Source of the DNA: a virus
Taxonomy: Duplodnaviria > Caudoviricetes
IMG/VR virus record: IMGVR_UViG_3300027898_000001
Direction: 5' to 3' (one strand)
Length of the DNA stretch: 64,000 bases
Below the pieces are notes generated by a model. It ran no database searches and was not told the origin of the DNA. It saw nothing but the letters and a program-made list of their open reading frames with translations. The position numbers and the translations under genes were made by a program. Numbering within the stretch: position 1 is the first letter of the stretch; each line of letters opens with the position of its first letter. Shown here piece after piece: positions 1 to 8,498 of this stretch.

Positions 1-697
1 CTATTTTACGCAAGACAGTTACAGTGGTCTGTTTCTGTTTAATACGATCAAACATTGCTGTATTGCTATCTTTCTTATGGATAGTCGAATCACGCCAATC
101 ACGTATAGCTGTAAGTGCAGTAGCTATTGGATTAGTAGGCGATTCTTCACCAGAAGAAATATTTGAAAGCTTAAACTCGCTTGTGTATTTAAACGTATTT
201 TCACCTATAACAGTAGTTGGAAAACTAGTGTAAGCGCATTCCGAATCTGCAAGAAATTGTGGACCCACTATCTTCAGATTGAAATCCTGAAAAACAACAG
301 AACCAATAATATCAGACTTAACTGTATTCTTATCAGAATTAAAAATCAGGCTAGAGTGCGGGTTATCCATACAACTTTTATAAGTAGCATCATCAATAAT
401 AAGAAACGCAGGATTTTCCACTAGCGTACACATTTTATGTAATACGTTAATGGTGAACTCTGGACGTTCTACTTGCTGCTTTGCATGAGATAAAGCACTA
501 TAAAATGCGTCGTTCTCTAACTTAACTCCAAGCTGTTTGGCGATACGCTCCTCTAGTGAAGGATCCACCTGAAATGTTGCATAAAATGATTCACCTACAA
601 CGGTTCTAGCATTACCCGCTGTCCGCAAGTGAGAAGACAGTAGTGATTTATTTACGTTATCTACACAATATGTAACAAAATCATTTATACTTGTCAC
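1..697 (-). CDS. hypothetical protein, truncated at window edge (not in ORF track)
   Basis: Manual translation: GTG at 697 after a GGGGA RBS, open frame (MTSINDFVTYCVDNV...TVTVLRKI) running off position 1. Confidence 0.8.
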   Translation of the reverse strand, partial: MTSINDFVTYCVDNVNKSLLSSHLRTAGNARTVVGESFYATFQVDPSLEERIAKQLGVKLENDAFYSALSHAKQQVERPEFTINVLHKMCTLVENPAFLIIDDATYKSCMDNPHSSLIFNSDKNTVKSDIIGSVVFQDFNLKIVGPQFLADSECAYTSFPTTVIGENTFKYTSEFKLSNISSGEESPTNPIATALTAIRDWRDSTIHKKDSNTAMFDRIKQKQTTVTVLRKI

Positions 698-715
698 GAT
701 ACTATCCCCAGTTAT

Positions 716-1561
716 TTAAAATGAAGCGGCTTCGATGGCTGTCCACAATGGAATTTGCATAACAACGTGCTCATTACCATCGTTAGGTGCTTCGTAAAAT
801 TTAGGCAAAGTCTTTTCATCTGCACGACGCAAGATAATAGTGCCAAGTGCTTTAACAATATCCGCATCCGTACTATCTGCTTCAAACAATTCAGAATGAT
901 TAAACTCTTGGAACAGTACGTTTTTCTTACCTTCTAAATCTGTTACTTGGTAAGAGTAGGTACCAGCAGGTTGTTCATTAAGACTACGCAATTGTTCAAA
1001 CGTCAATGAAATAAGACGCGCTGGTAATTCAGGCGCTACCACTTCATCTATATTCACATTAGGATAGTCACGTTTCAAATCAGCTGCGGCGGCTACACGA
1101 TTTGGAATGAAGATATAAAGATCATCACCGTTTTGTTTAATACCTAAAGATGGAATACCTTCACCAGCATAGACAACAAGACCGTCTTTGGATTCGACTC
1201 CATTCACAGTATAGGTGAATTCAAAATAGTTGACCGGGCCTAATTGCTCTAGCAGAACCTGCTCCATATTCTTATGTACTTCCAAAGTAGATAATGCGGA
1301 TTTAGCTACATCATTCTTCGGCATAGAGAATTTATATTTGTTGGTAGGTTTGAAGTTTTTGTGTACAGTGCTTTTAAATACGAGACCTGTTACAACACCA
1401 TTAGCGTCACGATGATAACCAGAAGCGCCGTGTAATTCTGCTAAAGATTGCGCATGACGATCTGCGTCTTCATTGTACTTTATGGTGTCGAGTACGCTTG
1501 TGCGAATAGTCTCATTACGTACAGCAAAATAGGAGCGGCGAACATTGTGGTACAGTTTCAT
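716..1561 (-). CDS. hypothetical protein (281 aa)
   Basis: Long ORF tightly packed in the minus-strand operon; no motif recognised. Confidence 0.8.
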   Translation of the reverse strand: MKLYHNVRRSYFAVRNETIRTSVLDTIKYNEDADRHAQSLAELHGASGYHRDANGVVTGLVFKSTVHKNFKPTNKYKFSMPKNDVAKSALSTLEVHKNMEQVLLEQLGPVNYFEFTYTVNGVESKDGLVVYAGEGIPSLGIKQNGDDLYIFIPNRVAAAADLKRDYPNVNIDEVVAPELPARLISLTFEQLRSLNEQPAGTYSYQVTDLEGKKNVLFQEFNHSELFEADSTDADIVKALGTIILRRADEKTLPKFYEAPNDGNEHVVMQIPLWTAIEAASF

Positions 1562-1563
1562 AA

Positions 1564-1806
1564 TTAAGCCTTATAAAATTGAATGAAAGTAGTTTTTAAA
1601 AGTGGTTCATCTAACATAGGTATGCTGTTCTTTGTAAACCATGCATCTTTAGGTAGAACACGTTGTACGTACATTGGACTTAATCCATTGCGTTGTACAG
1701 CATACGCGCTAGATAAAAAGGTTTGAACATTGCTAGAACTGCCCATATTTACTTGATGTATAGCAATGTATATTTTAGATTTTCTTACTAAATCTCCAGA
1801 GTACAT
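1564..1806 (-). CDS. hypothetical protein
   Basis: ORF in operon, AGGG RBS-like sequence upstream. Confidence 0.65.
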   Translation of the reverse strand: MYSGDLVRKSKIYIAIHQVNMGSSSNVQTFLSSAYAVQRNGLSPMYVQRVLPKDAWFTKNSIPMLDEPLLKTTFIQFYKA

Positions 1807-1815
1807 AAATAAACC

Positions 1816-2103
1816 CTATTTTATTTCTTGCACAATATGCTCTGAGTTAGCACTTAAATTAATGTCTCTGTGGTTGTGCACATCAATAAGAAGTTTTGAA
1901 ATTTCATCATGTGTAAAGGTAAACAAATGATTCTCTTTACCTTCAATTGAAACGAGTTCGGCAGAAAGTGCAGCCGAATGCACAGCAGCATTACTTTTAC
2001 TCAATCGTTCTAAAATAAAACCAATCGCATATAGAATTCCTAGAACTACTAATGCTAATAAGGTTATTGCTCCAATTCCTGCTAGTATGTATAGTTTAAT
2101 CAT
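1816..2103 (-). CDS. hypothetical membrane protein
   Basis: N-terminal hydrophobic helix; ATGA overlap with the upstream gene; TAG stop. Confidence 0.7.
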   Translation of the reverse strand: MIKLYILAGIGAITLLALVVLGILYAIGFILERLSKSNAAVHSAALSAELVSIEGKENHLFTFTHDEISKLLIDVHNHRDINLSANSEHIVQEIK

Positions 2104-2468
2104 AGCACTACTTTTTTGACCTCGATGTTGAATTTGGAAATATAATCTTCGTAAACCTTTTGCATTCGTTTTGCATTCTCCGCATCACGAGTATGAAACA
2201 GAGAATCTGGCATCGGTAGTCCTGATTCGTGAACTACCATCAACATTCTCTGTAGCATATCCATACCAGTTACTGTACTTCTTGGGTCTAACCAGTAATC
2301 GAAACTAATTACTTCGTACATTTGATTGGATGCGATAGCGTCATCTAACTTTTTAATAAATTCACGAGGAGATTTAACAGTATCCCACTCAGAGAATTTA
2401 CTAATACGATTTTGATATACCAGATGAATAGGCCTTTCATCATCTAAAAATAATCCGCGATTAGTCAT
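2100..2468 (-). CDS. cyclic-phosphate-processing receiver-like domain protein
   Basis: LFLDDERP...EVISFD...TGMD pattern typical of stand-alone phage receiver-like domains. Confidence 0.65.
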   Translation of the reverse strand: MTNRGLFLDDERPIHLVYQNRISKFSEWDTVKSPREFIKKLDDAIASNQMYEVISFDYWLDPRSTVTGMDMLQRMLMVVHESGLPMPDSLFHTRDAENAKRMQKVYEDYISKFNIEVKKVVL

Positions 2469-3075
2469 GTTTTGGTCTCACAATATGTCCACAAATATAT
2501 TGTACAGCTTTTTCCATATCCGCCGCAGCGTGTTCCGCAGCGTCATCTTTTAAATTTTTGTATTGCGCTATTAATTCGATAGGTGCCTCTAATTCAGGCA
2601 ATTTATAACCATCATGCAATGCTACCTTATGTGTAAGATACTGATAATCACCTTCGTACATATCAGGCAATTTACCCAATGTGGTAAATTCTACTCTATA
2701 GGTTACTCTACCTGATCTATACATTATACCATGTCGGTATACATGTCCTGTTATCACCTTACTGTAATCGCATACAGGGTTAGTATTATGATGCACAATA
2801 GTTTCACCATATATGTAAGAAGCTCTAATGAGTTCCGTAAATTTGAACCTAATAATACTATCAAACTTTATACCCGTATTTACTTTTTTATCCTCACTGG
2901 TTTCGCGTATTCGCTCTAATTCCATCTTCCGTAATCTTCGTCTAGCTTCGGCCTGATATTTTATATTGGCAATGAAACCCAGATTATTGTTTGCACACAA
3001 TTTAAAATAGTCCACCACAAATGCAATAACACATAAAATAACAATAATGATTAAGGCGTCCTGACATGTCAACAT
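2461..3075 (-). CDS. hypothetical protein with N-terminal TM helix
   Basis: ATG at 3075 after GGAG RBS (track start 3099); hydrophobic stretch ALIIIVILCVIAFVV. Confidence 0.75.
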   Translation of the reverse strand: MLTCQDALIIIVILCVIAFVVDYFKLCANNNLGFIANIKYQAEARRRLRKMELERIRETSEDKKVNTGIKFDSIIRFKFTELIRASYIYGETIVHHNTNPVCDYSKVITGHVYRHGIMYRSGRVTYRVEFTTLGKLPDMYEGDYQYLTHKVALHDGYKLPELEAPIELIAQYKNLKDDAAEHAAADMEKAVQYICGHIVRPKHD

Positions 3076-3179
3076 TTTGTACTCTCCAAATAACTTCAAT
3101 TGTCTTCAATATTTACAGTATTTATTACTAATAATTTAAACAGCTCATAGTTCTTGAGCATTTTTATAGGAAACTGAGT

Positions 3180-3791
3180 ATGAAAATCAACAGTAAAACG
3201 CTGCGTTTTAACAAGTCAGGATCGTCTGATGTGGTAGAACACAGAATTCGATTTGCGAGTACATGCGAAGCGTTTGACTACGGTCTACAATACTCCGCTA
3301 TAAGGAATGAAATGATAGCTTTACGGTTATCTGACCTTATTCCTAAACAACCTGGTTCATATTCCATATTCATAACTGCGGTTGACGCAGCTGGAAATGA
3401 ATCAGATCAACTAGACTGTGGATCATATAGGTACGATGATATGGCTAAACTTAACACAAAAACCCTCCGCTTTTTACCATCAACTTCTGCTGATACAGTA
3501 GAGCATCGCATCCGCATTAATGTTGAAGGTGCGCCTTTTGACTATGCGACTGCGTATTCTTCTGTGCCATATACAGCAGCTAATCCTGTTGGTAGTGGTG
3601 CTGCTACTCCAGCAACTCAAGTATCAGTTAATATTGGTTCTTTGAGTAATGTGCCTTCAGCTACTGGTACGTATGAAGTATTCGTTACAGCAGCTGATGC
3701 TTCTGGAAATGAATCTGACCCGTTGGTTATTCACGGTGCGGTATTCGACTTCACTGCACCAGACGCACCAACTGCAGGCGAAATCGTTTAA
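3180..3791 (+). CDS. tandem Fn3/Ig-like beta-sandwich protein (two homologous units)
   Basis: Two copies of K(I/L)N(S/T)KTLRF...VEHRIR...FDY...TA(V/A)DA(A/S)GNESD; AGGA RBS. Confidence 0.7.
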   Translation: MKINSKTLRFNKSGSSDVVEHRIRFASTCEAFDYGLQYSAIRNEMIALRLSDLIPKQPGSYSIFITAVDAAGNESDQLDCGSYRYDDMAKLNTKTLRFLPSTSADTVEHRIRINVEGAPFDYATAYSSVPYTAANPVGSGAATPATQVSVNIGSLSNVPSATGTYEVFVTAADASGNESDPLVIHGAVFDFTAPDAPTAGEIV

Positions 3792-3792
3792 T

Positions 3793-3818
3793 AAATAGGG
3801 GGAAATTTCCCCCTATTT
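3793..3818 (+). terminator. intrinsic terminator
   Basis: AAATAGGGGG-aaattt-CCCCCTATTT followed by a T-rich tract. Confidence 0.75.
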
Positions 3819-3839
3819 TCTTTTCTACGGAGAATTATT

Positions 3840-4817
3840 GTGAAAAAGTTTCTTTTAGCTAGTTTAATGTTTTTACTTTCATACAGTGCGAATGCTGTCA
3901 TTATAAGGGCAGAGAATTTTTCCACAATGAGTGGTATTCAGATTGAACAGACTGCCGATGTTGGTGGTGGTAATAACGTAGGGTATTTTGATGCTGGTGA
4001 TTGGTTACAATACGCACCAGTTACTATTACTACCGCTGGACAATACACGTTTGCATTCCGTGTAGCTGGAAATGATTCATTAGGACAGTTTGTATTATAC
4101 GATAATGGTGCAACACTTATAACAGTGAGCGTACCTATGACTGGAGGATGGCAAAATTGGACAACTGTTACTTATACTGCGAATCTTACTTCAGGTCAGC
4201 ACGTATTTAAAATTTTAACAGTTAGTAGAAGTTTTAATCTAAATTGGTTCTCATACGATTTAGGTATTGTTCCTGCGCCTGTACTGCAAGCAGCTTCATC
4301 ATCCGCAGCATCGTCTTCTAGCAGTGCGCCAGTAACGGCATCAGGACCTTTAATATTAAGTAGTTCTACCACAGCATCTAGTAGCTTGTCTTCAACATCT
4401 AGTTCATGTGCGCCTGTAACGAATTGTGCATTATCATTACCTAGTGTTATACGTGTAAATTGGACACCACCTACACAACGAGAGAATGGTACTCCACTAG
4501 CAATATCAGAATTATGTTGTTATGATATTAGAGCTAGAGATACAAATAACAATGTGGTGTGGGAAACAAGTGTATCACCAGGTTCTACAACGTCTTATAT
4601 TTTTACTTTACCAACAGCATTACAGAAATCAATAAATCGTTTTGAAATAGCTGCGGCAGATACGAATGGTTTATATAGTGAATGGGCTACATTAACACCT
4701 ACAGACGGTTCTGTGTTAGCGAGTAGTTCGAGTGTTTCAACGAGTAGTTCTAAATCATCATCATCTTCATCATCAAGAAAGTTTATAGCTGCACCAACAC
4801 AAGGCAGTATACAATAA
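3840..4817 (+). CDS. secreted CBM6 carbohydrate-binding protein with poly-serine linkers and Fn3-like domain
   Basis: Sec signal MKKFLLASLMFLLSYSANA; CBM6 motifs GGGNNVGYFDAGDWLQY, RVA, TGGWQNWTTV, FNLNWF; Ser tracts; WTPPTQRENGTPL...YDI Fn3-type motif. Confidence 0.85.
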   Translation: MKKFLLASLMFLLSYSANAVIIRAENFSTMSGIQIEQTADVGGGNNVGYFDAGDWLQYAPVTITTAGQYTFAFRVAGNDSLGQFVLYDNGATLITVSVPMTGGWQNWTTVTYTANLTSGQHVFKILTVSRSFNLNWFSYDLGIVPAPVLQAASSSAASSSSSAPVTASGPLILSSSTTASSSLSSTSSSCAPVTNCALSLPSVIRVNWTPPTQRENGTPLAISELCCYDIRARDTNNNVVWETSVSPGSTTSYIFTLPTALQKSINRFEIAAADTNGLYSEWATLTPTDGSVLASSSSVSTSSSKSSSSSSSRKFIAAPTQGSIQ

Positions 4818-4840
4818 AAAGGGGCTTAAGCCCCTTTTTT
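4816..4840. terminator. bidirectional intrinsic terminator
   Basis: AAAAAGGGGC-ttaa-GCCCCTTTTT between convergent genes. Confidence 0.85.
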
Positions 4841-5074
4841 ATTTGCATTGGATAAACTTATTAGCTTACAAGACACTACAGCATCTTGGACTACTTGCCA
4901 ATCCATTATAGCCTTTGCAGGTATTGTTATTTTTAATTCGTGTTCCAGCAATACTGAAAAAGAGGCAAGAGAATCTATTGTACCACACAGTGATTTTATC
5001 TGCGTACTATCATCGAATCTACGGTTGCCTACAAACTTACTTAATTCGCTATATACTGTGGCACGAATATCCAT
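4826..5074 (-). CDS. acyl carrier protein-like (divergent, DSL serine retained)
   Basis: GTIDSLASFSVLLEHELKITIP...VVQDAV aligns with ACP helices II-IV. Confidence 0.65.
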   Translation of the reverse strand: MDIRATVYSELSKFVGNRRFDDSTQIKSLCGTIDSLASFSVLLEHELKITIPAKAIMDWQVVQDAVVSCKLISLSNANKKGA

Positions 5075-5103
5075 AACAAACTCCTGTTGTATGAAAAACT
5101 ATG

Positions 5104-5391
5104 TTAGGCTGTCTTCAAACTGATATGCTCATTAACAACATGGATCAGGTCTTGAATAGTATTAACATCATGGAGTTCTTCATCTTGAATTTCAATGTCA
5201 AACGCATCTTCCAATTCCATAACCACTTCAACAACGTCTAAACTATCTACACCTAGTGCAGCTAATTCGGTGCCTGGTTTTAGTTCTTCGTGTCTAAGTC
5301 CGATATTATCAATCAGAATTTCCAGAATTTTTAAAGTTGCTACATCATCTCCGAATTCAGGACAAATAGTGTTAGTTTGTATCACCTGCAT
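5104..5391 (-). CDS. acpP: acyl carrier protein
   Basis: LGVDSLDVVEVVMELEDAFDIEIQDEE canonical phosphopantetheine attachment motif (Ser50); acidic. Confidence 0.9.
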   Translation of the reverse strand: MQVIQTNTICPEFGDDVATLKILEILIDNIGLRHEELKPGTELAALGVDSLDVVEVVMELEDAFDIEIQDEELHDVNTIQDLIHVVNEHISLKTA

Positions 5392-5630
5392 TTTAATTCA
5401 CTCTCGCTTATTAGTTGGTCAATGTAAATGGTTAATTCTTCAAACTTGTTACAATTCAATACTACGTCCTCAGCGACCGTAACATCAAATCTCTGCTCAA
5501 TTGTCATCAGCACTTCAAACACTTCTTCTGGGTCGCCCAATTTATTAAGATGTAACCTAGCTTCAGGTGAAATACTTTCAACGTAATCATGCTTAACAAG
5601 TATATCGTATAAAGGAACTACGCACGACAT
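5382..5630 (-). CDS. acyl carrier protein-like, lacking the phosphopantetheine serine
   Basis: LGDPEEVFEVLMTIEQRFDVTV aligns with GxDSLDxVELVMxLEExFDIEI, but Ser is replaced by Pro. Confidence 0.65.
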   Translation of the reverse strand: MSCVVPLYDILVKHDYVESISPEARLHLNKLGDPEEVFEVLMTIEQRFDVTVAEDVVLNCNKFEELTIYIDQLISESELKCR

Positions 5631-5636
5631 TTGTAA

Positions 5637-5921
5637 TTACCTTTCAACAATTTCTATATCGTATTCTAAATCTGATAATGTTGATAGTGCGACATAAACC
5701 AGATTATTTTGTCTATCACGTATAACTTCTATGCAATCTAAATTTACATTCTTTGAACTATTATTTCCTGGAATTGATTTACGCACAGAAACAATTTCTG
5801 TAACATCTGAACAAACTGCTAAAAAGGCTTGTAGTGAGGTGCTATAAAAATTGTAACTATTTGTTACTACTCCTGTTGTTGGATCCAATGTTGAAGATTG
5901 TGGCATTATGATAGAAGACAT
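5637..5921 (-). CDS. hypothetical protein
   Basis: ORF in operon, 3-6 nt spacing to neighbours. Confidence 0.7.
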   Translation of the reverse strand: MSSIIMPQSSTLDPTTGVVTNSYNFYSTSLQAFLAVCSDVTEIVSVRKSIPGNNSSKNVNLDCIEVIRDRQNNLVYVALSTLSDLEYDIEIVER

Positions 5922-5924
5922 ATC

Positions 5925-6254
5925 TTACTCTACTTTGGCTGTACCGATTATCGTATTTCCATAATCCAACTGCTGGTAGATAGTCAACAATGTTTCTGGA
6001 AAGATGAATGTATCAATACGGTTCAAACAAGATGCGAATGACCCATACTCTTTTAAAATTATCAATGGTTCATCGTCAGACACAATATTTTTGAATTCTT
6101 CGTGTGACATTATGTTTGGAACAAAGCAAATAGTTTCCCGTAAATCTACGGTAATATAACGGTGTCCACTATCTTGTGTGATATGTATTCCAAGCGAAGA
6201 CATTGCAACCATTCGTTTAGCAAAGTCAGATAATTCCGAAGCAGCATGATCCAT
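5925..6254 (-). CDS. hypothetical protein
   Basis: ATG at 6254 after AGGA RBS (track start 6284 is a TTG). Confidence 0.7.
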   Translation of the reverse strand: MDHAASELSDFAKRMVAMSSLGIHITQDSGHRYITVDLRETICFVPNIMSHEEFKNIVSDDEPLIILKEYGSFASCLNRIDTFIFPETLLTIYQQLDYGNTIIGTAKVE

Positions 6255-6271
6255 AATAAGTCCTATTAAAC

Positions 6272-6640
6272 AAAAAGGGCCCAACTAAACCGTCATTCTC
6301 CAAACGTAGTGTGCACACTACAATTTGCGAGCTTCTGATTGAAGTCAGACCCTTGATGAGTTCTATTAGCCTAATAGGCAGAACAATTCTTTTTAGCAAA
6401 GTGCCCTACTTAAAGGGTTTTCGATTAGTTTGATAATGTTTTTCGGGTGTTGTATAACTTCGGATAGATTTATTGTATCCTATAAACAACACCCTAACTA
6501 GAACGAGCATATCTGTAGGCAATATCGGCAATTGTTGAATGTAGTGGACCTTTAATAGAAGGTGCCACAGTGTTACTGAAATATTGGCACAGATACGTCA
6601 CTCTAGTTTGCACTATATAGGCAAGTTCAAGCAACCATTT
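6272..6640 (-). ncRNA. candidate large structured non-coding RNA, family unassigned
   Basis: ORF-free 388-nt gap. 20-bp helix 6608-6589/6516-6496 with three G-U pairs (minus strand only), 9-bp stem 6494-6486/6453-6445, and several further hairpins. Confidence 0.7.
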
Positions 6641-6642
6641 AA

Positions 6643-6936
6643 TCAATTTGAATCCTCCGTACCAATATTCATCTTCCAGTATTCTAAATTTTGTTGTGCC
6701 TCTTCCAAAGTATCGTAGTAGTCAACGACCTTTTCGATATTGTGGTTAATGATTGTAGTGCCACGCAATCCACTTTTGTCGCTATCATACTCGGTAACAT
6801 CATACGTTTGTACAATATTGAAACGCAATTTGTGGAAAGCGGTTGGAATGAGTTTGTATAGCAGTTTGTAACCAATTGTCCGCGAGACTCGAATTGAGTA
6901 TTCTTTGATTCTGTTATTTACATGCTCAACTGCCAC
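6643..6936 (-). CDS. hypothetical protein
   Basis: ORF overlapping the upstream gene end. Confidence 0.65.
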   Translation of the reverse strand: MAVEHVNNRIKEYSIRVSRTIGYKLLYKLIPTAFHKLRFNIVQTYDVTEYDSDKSGLRGTTIINHNIEKVVDYYDTLEEAQQNLEYWKMNIGTEDSN

Positions 6937-7342
6937 GATATTCTCCTAGAATGTTTGAAACATTTTCCACTTTGTGCATAACAAGTACAGGCACACTTAA
7001 ATGATTTGTGTACGATTTCTTCTCGACTCGACCTTCGTTCGGATCATATAACGTAGTGATACCTGTATTATCAACACACATTAAAATATAGTGTGTACCT
7101 GCCATAACATTTAAAGAGGGTACTGTGCAGATATATACTCCACTATATTGTACCAAATGAGGATACAGTATAGGACGACAAATAAATCCATGTTTTGCGA
7201 ACAGCGCCAACATAATGTCTTCTGATATACCTACACCAAATGTAGGAGCTTCTTCTAGCAATATATCAATTGGTACTTTTGTTACCATAGAAATGCAAGC
7301 ATGTCCGCAACTATGGCTACAAACTTGTTGAACGAAATCCAT
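6926..7342 (-). CDS. peptidase C39-like cysteine protease
   Basis: QQVCSHSCGHAC (Q-x5-C), THY and YDP catalytic triad pattern; ATG at 7342 after AAGG. Confidence 0.75.
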   Translation of the reverse strand: MDFVQQVCSHSCGHACISMVTKVPIDILLEEAPTFGVGISEDIMLALFAKHGFICRPILYPHLVQYSGVYICTVPSLNVMAGTHYILMCVDNTGITTLYDPNEGRVEKKSYTNHLSVPVLVMHKVENVSNILGEYRGS

Positions 7343-7483
7343 AACGAATACCTTGTAGGAGAATTGCGCAGAGGTTGGTACGCAATTCAATTTTCTCTAA
7401 TTCTGCCACAACACAGTTAGCTTACGCGCTACATCGACCTTTCAACTCATCTACGACAATATAAATAAAGCCTCCGAGAAAAC

Positions 7484-7642
7484 ATGAACCTGCAAGGATT
7501 TAATCTATATCTGTTTGACACAATGGAACAAACAGATTGTGAGTCTACATTACTGCGGCAGGTACACAATAACTTATCTCACGCGCATCCTATATTTACA
7601 CTTTTAAGAAAGAGCAATATTACCATCAACTATATTGTCTAG
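7484..7642 (+). CDS. possible small protein (52 aa, not in ORF track)
   Basis: ATG...TAG filling most of a 260-nt gap, GAG upstream; overlaps the convergent gene by 39 nt. Confidence 0.3.
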   Translation: MNLQGFNLYLFDTMEQTDCESTLLRQVHNNLSHAHPIFTLLRKSNITINYIV

Positions 7643-7957
7643 GAGCCTGGAAGCACGATCTCCTGTGAATTTGACACGAGCCGGAATTTCACTCTCTAAT
7701 TCGAGTAACTTTTCTTTCAATATATCAATAACTTTATCACCTACACGCTCGCGCAAACCTTTAAACTTAGAATCATTCAAATCGTGTTTTATTGATTCAA
7801 AATGATAAACACTTACTGCTTTAAATCCACCCGATCTGTACGTTAGGATTAATTCAATAACATTCTGGTGAGTTACAAGAACATGGGCTTGTTGATTTCT
7901 TGTAGTAAGTGCTTTTGTGATTTTTGTATAAAACTTATTATGATCCATATTATGCAC
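7604..7957 (-). CDS. hypothetical protein
   Basis: ORF in operon. Confidence 0.7.
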   Translation of the reverse strand: MHNMDHNKFYTKITKALTTRNQQAHVLVTHQNVIELILTYRSGGFKAVSVYHFESIKHDLNDSKFKGLRERVGDKVIDILKEKLLELESEIPARVKFTGDRASRLLDNIVDGNIALS

Positions 7958-8498
7958 TCTTTCTTGAAAAGATTGATTTTATTTTAGCAACAAACACAGC
8001 ATTGATTCGTATACTTACATACGGTGTTGCCCAAAAGCTGTTATCAGTAAACTTACTGTAAGCATCTTGATAAATATTCCAACCAACATGTAATTCTAAC
8101 AACAATAGTGGAATTTCTTTATACCATATACCGTATTCTTCTTTCTGCGCATCTGTTATTATTGCAAGATAAGTAGGTGCAGGTTTACCTACGTACCATA
8201 GAATACTACCAGTGTTTCTAACACCTAGCCAATACCATGCTGTACAAAACCAACCGAACTTATCGTATATAGAACGTACAAATGGTAAAGTTAAATCACC
8301 GCACATCAATTCGTCTTTAGTTTCTGCCCATGCTAACCAATCAACATACTTAGCACGTTTTATTCCTAGCAAATCGCTAGGTCGTTTATCAGAAATAGTT
8401 TCATTAGATGCAAATGCGATGAAGAATGGTGTAAGAACAATAGCTGGTATTTTCCAAAGAATATCAAGCAATAGAAACAGTGTGATTTTTAAATTCAT
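7950..8498 (-). CDS. hypothetical membrane protein
   Basis: N-terminal hydrophobic helix, Trp-rich; GGAG upstream. Confidence 0.75.
   Translation of the reverse strand: MNLKITLFLLLDILWKIPAIVLTPFFIAFASNETISDKRPSDLLGIKRAKYVDWLAWAETKDELMCGDLTLPFVRSIYDKFGWFCTAWYWLGVRNTGSILWYVGKPAPTYLAIITDAQKEEYGIWYKEIPLLLLELHVGWNIYQDAYSKFTDNSFWATPYVSIRINAVFVAKIKSIFSRKSA

Noticed and set aside
6353-6394. Hammerhead-like TTGATGAG plus stem on the plus strand
   Set aside because: The core would need CUGAUGA and a GAAA after stem II. Both are missing, and the G-U pattern of the longest helix favours the minus strand.
6272-6640. Identity of the large RNA as tmRNA, RNase P RNA, SRP, 6S, retron msr-msd or group II intron
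   Set aside because: No tRNA-like domain or CCA end, no GAGGAAAGUCC or CR-V, no domain V, and no reverse transcriptase nearby.
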